From Candidatus Falkowbacteria bacterium (lineage in GTDB: Bacteria > Patescibacteriota > Patescibacteriia > Patescibacteriales > UBA12465): DNA of 43,698 bases. The notes under the pieces were generated by a model that saw only the letters and a list, made by a program, of their open reading frames with translations, was not told where the DNA came from and did not search any database. The translations under genes were made by a program, and so were the position numbers. The stretch is from the NCBI GenBank assembly GCA_037137655.1, contig JBAXJX010000003.1, forward strand, positions 1 through 43,698, written 5' to 3'. This document shows positions 42,801-43,698 of this stretch, piece by piece; the stretch's first letter is position 1, and each line of letters opens with the position of its first letter.

Positions 42801-43447
42801 GCATTAACGTCGCTGGCGATTCTGCTTCAACTGCTACTATCGGAAGAACTGTTTCTTACAGCTTAGGTGCTATTAGCGCTCAAGGTGATAACTCAGGTGT
42901 TGACGTTTCAGCTACTACAACTGGTACTGGTGCTTCAAAAACTGCTGTTATTACTAACGCTGCATTAACTTCAGTTACAAATGCTTTAAGCAATGCAACT
43001 TTAGTTGGTGGAAACCAAACTATCGGTAAATACACTTTAGTAATTAACGATGGTGCAAACAGAAAATCTAACAATGACGAATACAAAGCTCTATTACAGA
43101 CTTTGAAAGTTACTGTTGGTTCAGCTAACTGTACAACTACTAACGTTCAACTTCATGTTGACGGTACTAGTCAAACAGCTAATGCAACTTCATTCACAGG
43201 TGGTTTAGCTACATGGTCTTCTAGCTCATTAGCTTCTTTGATCAACGGTGTTGTTGGTCAAGGTGCTGAAATGAACGGAACTGTAACTTTAGTAGTTACT
43301 GCTGACGTTGCATATTCTGACAATGCTTACGTTCAAACTAAGATTGCTACTTTGGGTACTGCTACTGATGATATCCAAATGAACAACTTAACAAGCGTAT
43401 ACATCCCTGGAGTTTCTTCAGTACAAGGTGGTACATTGTCTAGATAG
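39881..43447 (+). CDS. giant secreted surface (S-layer-like) protein
   Basis: Signal peptide ending ASAAASA. 1188 aa, rich in Thr/Ser/Ala/Val/Gly/Asn, with a single Cys. N-terminal AVYFLGNDGKRYVF-type repeats, then about six beta-rich modules of roughly 100 aa. Strongly biased T/A-ending codons. Strong terminator follows. Confidence 0.8.
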   Translation: MQKLRKFFASTVIAMTVVAMSGAIVPNASAAASAGDLIKKDGLSAVYFLGNDGKRYVFTNQDVYASWYKDFSGVVTVSASELSSYPLGGNVVMRAGTKLVKIVSDPSVYAVEPNGVLRKIQSESQATTLYGASWAKRVVDVADSFFTNYTISSPLAINAIPAGSLVKTSGSSAVYYFDGTNYRSIASEAAAKANGLDLSNTITTANSIVAGGSAITAMESSIAYTAQNSASAVVVGTGTALSVSKSSDTPASMTTPNAVASNFLKFNLTAGTDGDVVVSGITLTAYGLSSATDIKDVTIYDAAGNKLGNTKTSVSSDKTASFNFATPITVAAGTTKVLTVKADIATGTTNGGNYALGIAKASDILAGATSISGSFPVVGNAMSNTASSNVGSVTMGTQSSTGASHSFGEDSVSLIGFDLTASNEAVLVQSLKLKNGGTNSADILSNIKLYADGSEIATGTYADGYVTFAINNFKIAKGDSSSLEVKADLGVGSTGDTVKLYLNSKTDLVMVGQDYGYSIQVSTDTIATASAAATITLTSGDVTFDMDKSATNGTPNTDVKPNTNSVVLATFTMDSKNENATVKSINNFTLTVGTMATGTIKNVQLVDVTTGGIYDLTGSDIVTAGTYTYNMTDEISLVKGVVKKFRVRADIAQNAQNSDVTNGTTIVVSLPSISSNVSITGDVSNADLSTKITPSSLAGSTITVKTASLTVTPTSLVSVTAVGGASNVEIYRAALQAGTADGVKLQSVMLTGSSSTLFNKNNITQLDLYVNGALAKSVSGSSISAGTITFGSLSSVIAANTTVDLSVKATFASTLTAGTFTMSIASATNDVVVRSNTGNKSFTVGGTVTGASRSVAMSANGSLNVSLLTTDAKANTNSILLAGGETVANNYLGEIKFTTANESIKVTKLVLTQGGSARAADLKSVKLYQIVNGVPTLVVEKAVDANGDVTFDPFNVDFAGDQSTSLFISVVAKGINVAGDSASTATIGRTVSYSLGAISAQGDNSGVDVSATTTGTGASKTAVITNAALTSVTNALSNATLVGGNQTIGKYTLVINDGANRKSNNDEYKALLQTLKVTVGSANCTTTNVQLHVDGTSQTANATSFTGGLATWSSSSLASLINGVVGQGAEMNGTVTLVVTADVAYSDNAYVQTKIATLGTATDDIQMNNLTSVYIPGVSSVQGGTLSR

Positions 43448-43457
43448 TCAATTCCTA

Positions 43458-43475
43458 ATTTCACTTCGGTGAAAT
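43458..43475 (+). other. UUCG-capped hairpin immediately 3' of the surface-protein stop codon
   Basis: Stem atttcac / gtgaaat with loop ttcg. Confidence 0.6.
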
Positions 43476-43486
43476 AAAGAATAACG

Positions 43487-43518
43487 CAAAAGCCCTCCGT
43501 GCAAACGGAGGGCTTTTT
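43487..43518 (+). terminator. Rho-independent terminator
   Basis: Stem gccctccgt / acggagggc plus T-run. Confidence 0.85.
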
Positions 43519-43583
43519 GTTTCACCTCACCCCAGCCCCTCTCCATTTCGCTGTCGCTCAACAGCGAGGGGAAGTAGTAAAGC

Positions 43584-43698
43584 GCTTCTTATGAAATACC
43601 GCACCTGAAGCGGGCGAAGCTTTCTTGGAAAGGTTGAGCGTTAGCGAAATCTTTTCAAAAAGATTTGCACGCTTCACCCCACACGGTTAACGGCATTC
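43584..43698 (+). repeat. copy B (5' 115 nt, cut by the window end) of the inverted-repeat-bounded element
   Basis: Aligns to 23455-23569 without gaps and with 3 mismatches. Same orientation as copy A. Confidence 0.85.

Noticed and set aside
41422-43086. Four minus-strand ORFs (74-125 aa) inside the surface-protein gene
   Set aside because: They are a by-product of the gene's biased, stop-poor composition. They have no starts with an RBS and are antisense to a continuous 1188-codon frame.
1-43698. Possibility of an alternative genetic code (UGA recoding as in Gracilibacteria/SR1)
   Set aside because: Conserved genes translate full-length under the standard code, and at least one well-delimited gene (12238-12450) ends in TGA directly upstream of its terminator. 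The single in-frame TAA at 7657 is isolated.
1-43698. Search for tRNA genes, CRISPR arrays and transposase/integrase genes
   Set aside because: No T-arm-like GGTTCGAATCC-type motifs were seen in the intergenic regions, and no regularly spaced direct repeats of 25 bp or more. No ORF has recombinase or transposase motifs. The only tandem repeats are the in-frame 6-nt and 21-nt coding repeats.

Overview
43.7-kb low-GC bacterial window, mostly plus-strand genes. It uses the standard genetic code: TAA, TGA and TAG all close long ORFs. Gene content suggests a Patescibacteria/CPR-like organism, but this is inference only. The supporting features are a sigma factor paired with a DUF5667-like membrane protein, HGEAWY-repeat secreted proteins, a giant Thr/Ser/Ala-rich surface protein, and patchy biosynthesis.

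Layout:
1. 0.9-8.3 kb: a visibly more A+T-rich defence island. It holds two D12-class m6A methyltransferases, a 512-aa AlwI-family-like nuclease, a GmrSD-like DUF262/DUF1524 enzyme, and several unassigned small genes. One of these is a PD-(D/E)xK gene split by an in-frame TAA.
2. 8.4-22.8 kb: housekeeping and stress genes (PAS protein, lysA plus dapL-like aminotransferase, trpS, hsp20, Pif1 helicase, csp, DEAD-box helicase) and a four-gene redox cassette.
3. 22.86-23.79 kb: a gene-free stretch. It contains a promoter-to-terminator unit with scrambled 23S rRNA 5'-domain sequence, followed by a 334-bp structured element bounded by terminal inverted repeats. The first 115 nt of that element recur at the window end.
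4. 23.8-37.4 kb: cdd, marR, purM, purL, SGNH plus AT3 acyltransferase, greA, a lexA-like repressor, HU and others.
5. 37.5-43.5 kb: HTH gene, ECF-type sigma factor, anti-sigma-like membrane protein, a 455-bp structured leader, and a 1188-aa S-layer-like protein.

No tRNA, intact rRNA, CRISPR array or transposase/integrase gene was seen.

The most interesting items are the orphan 23S-like unit, the inverted-repeat-bounded repeat, the structured spacer upstream of the surface-protein gene, the unassigned genes in the defence island, and identical terminator copies bracketing two gene blocks. All family assignments come from motif recognition by eye and from memory. No database search was run.
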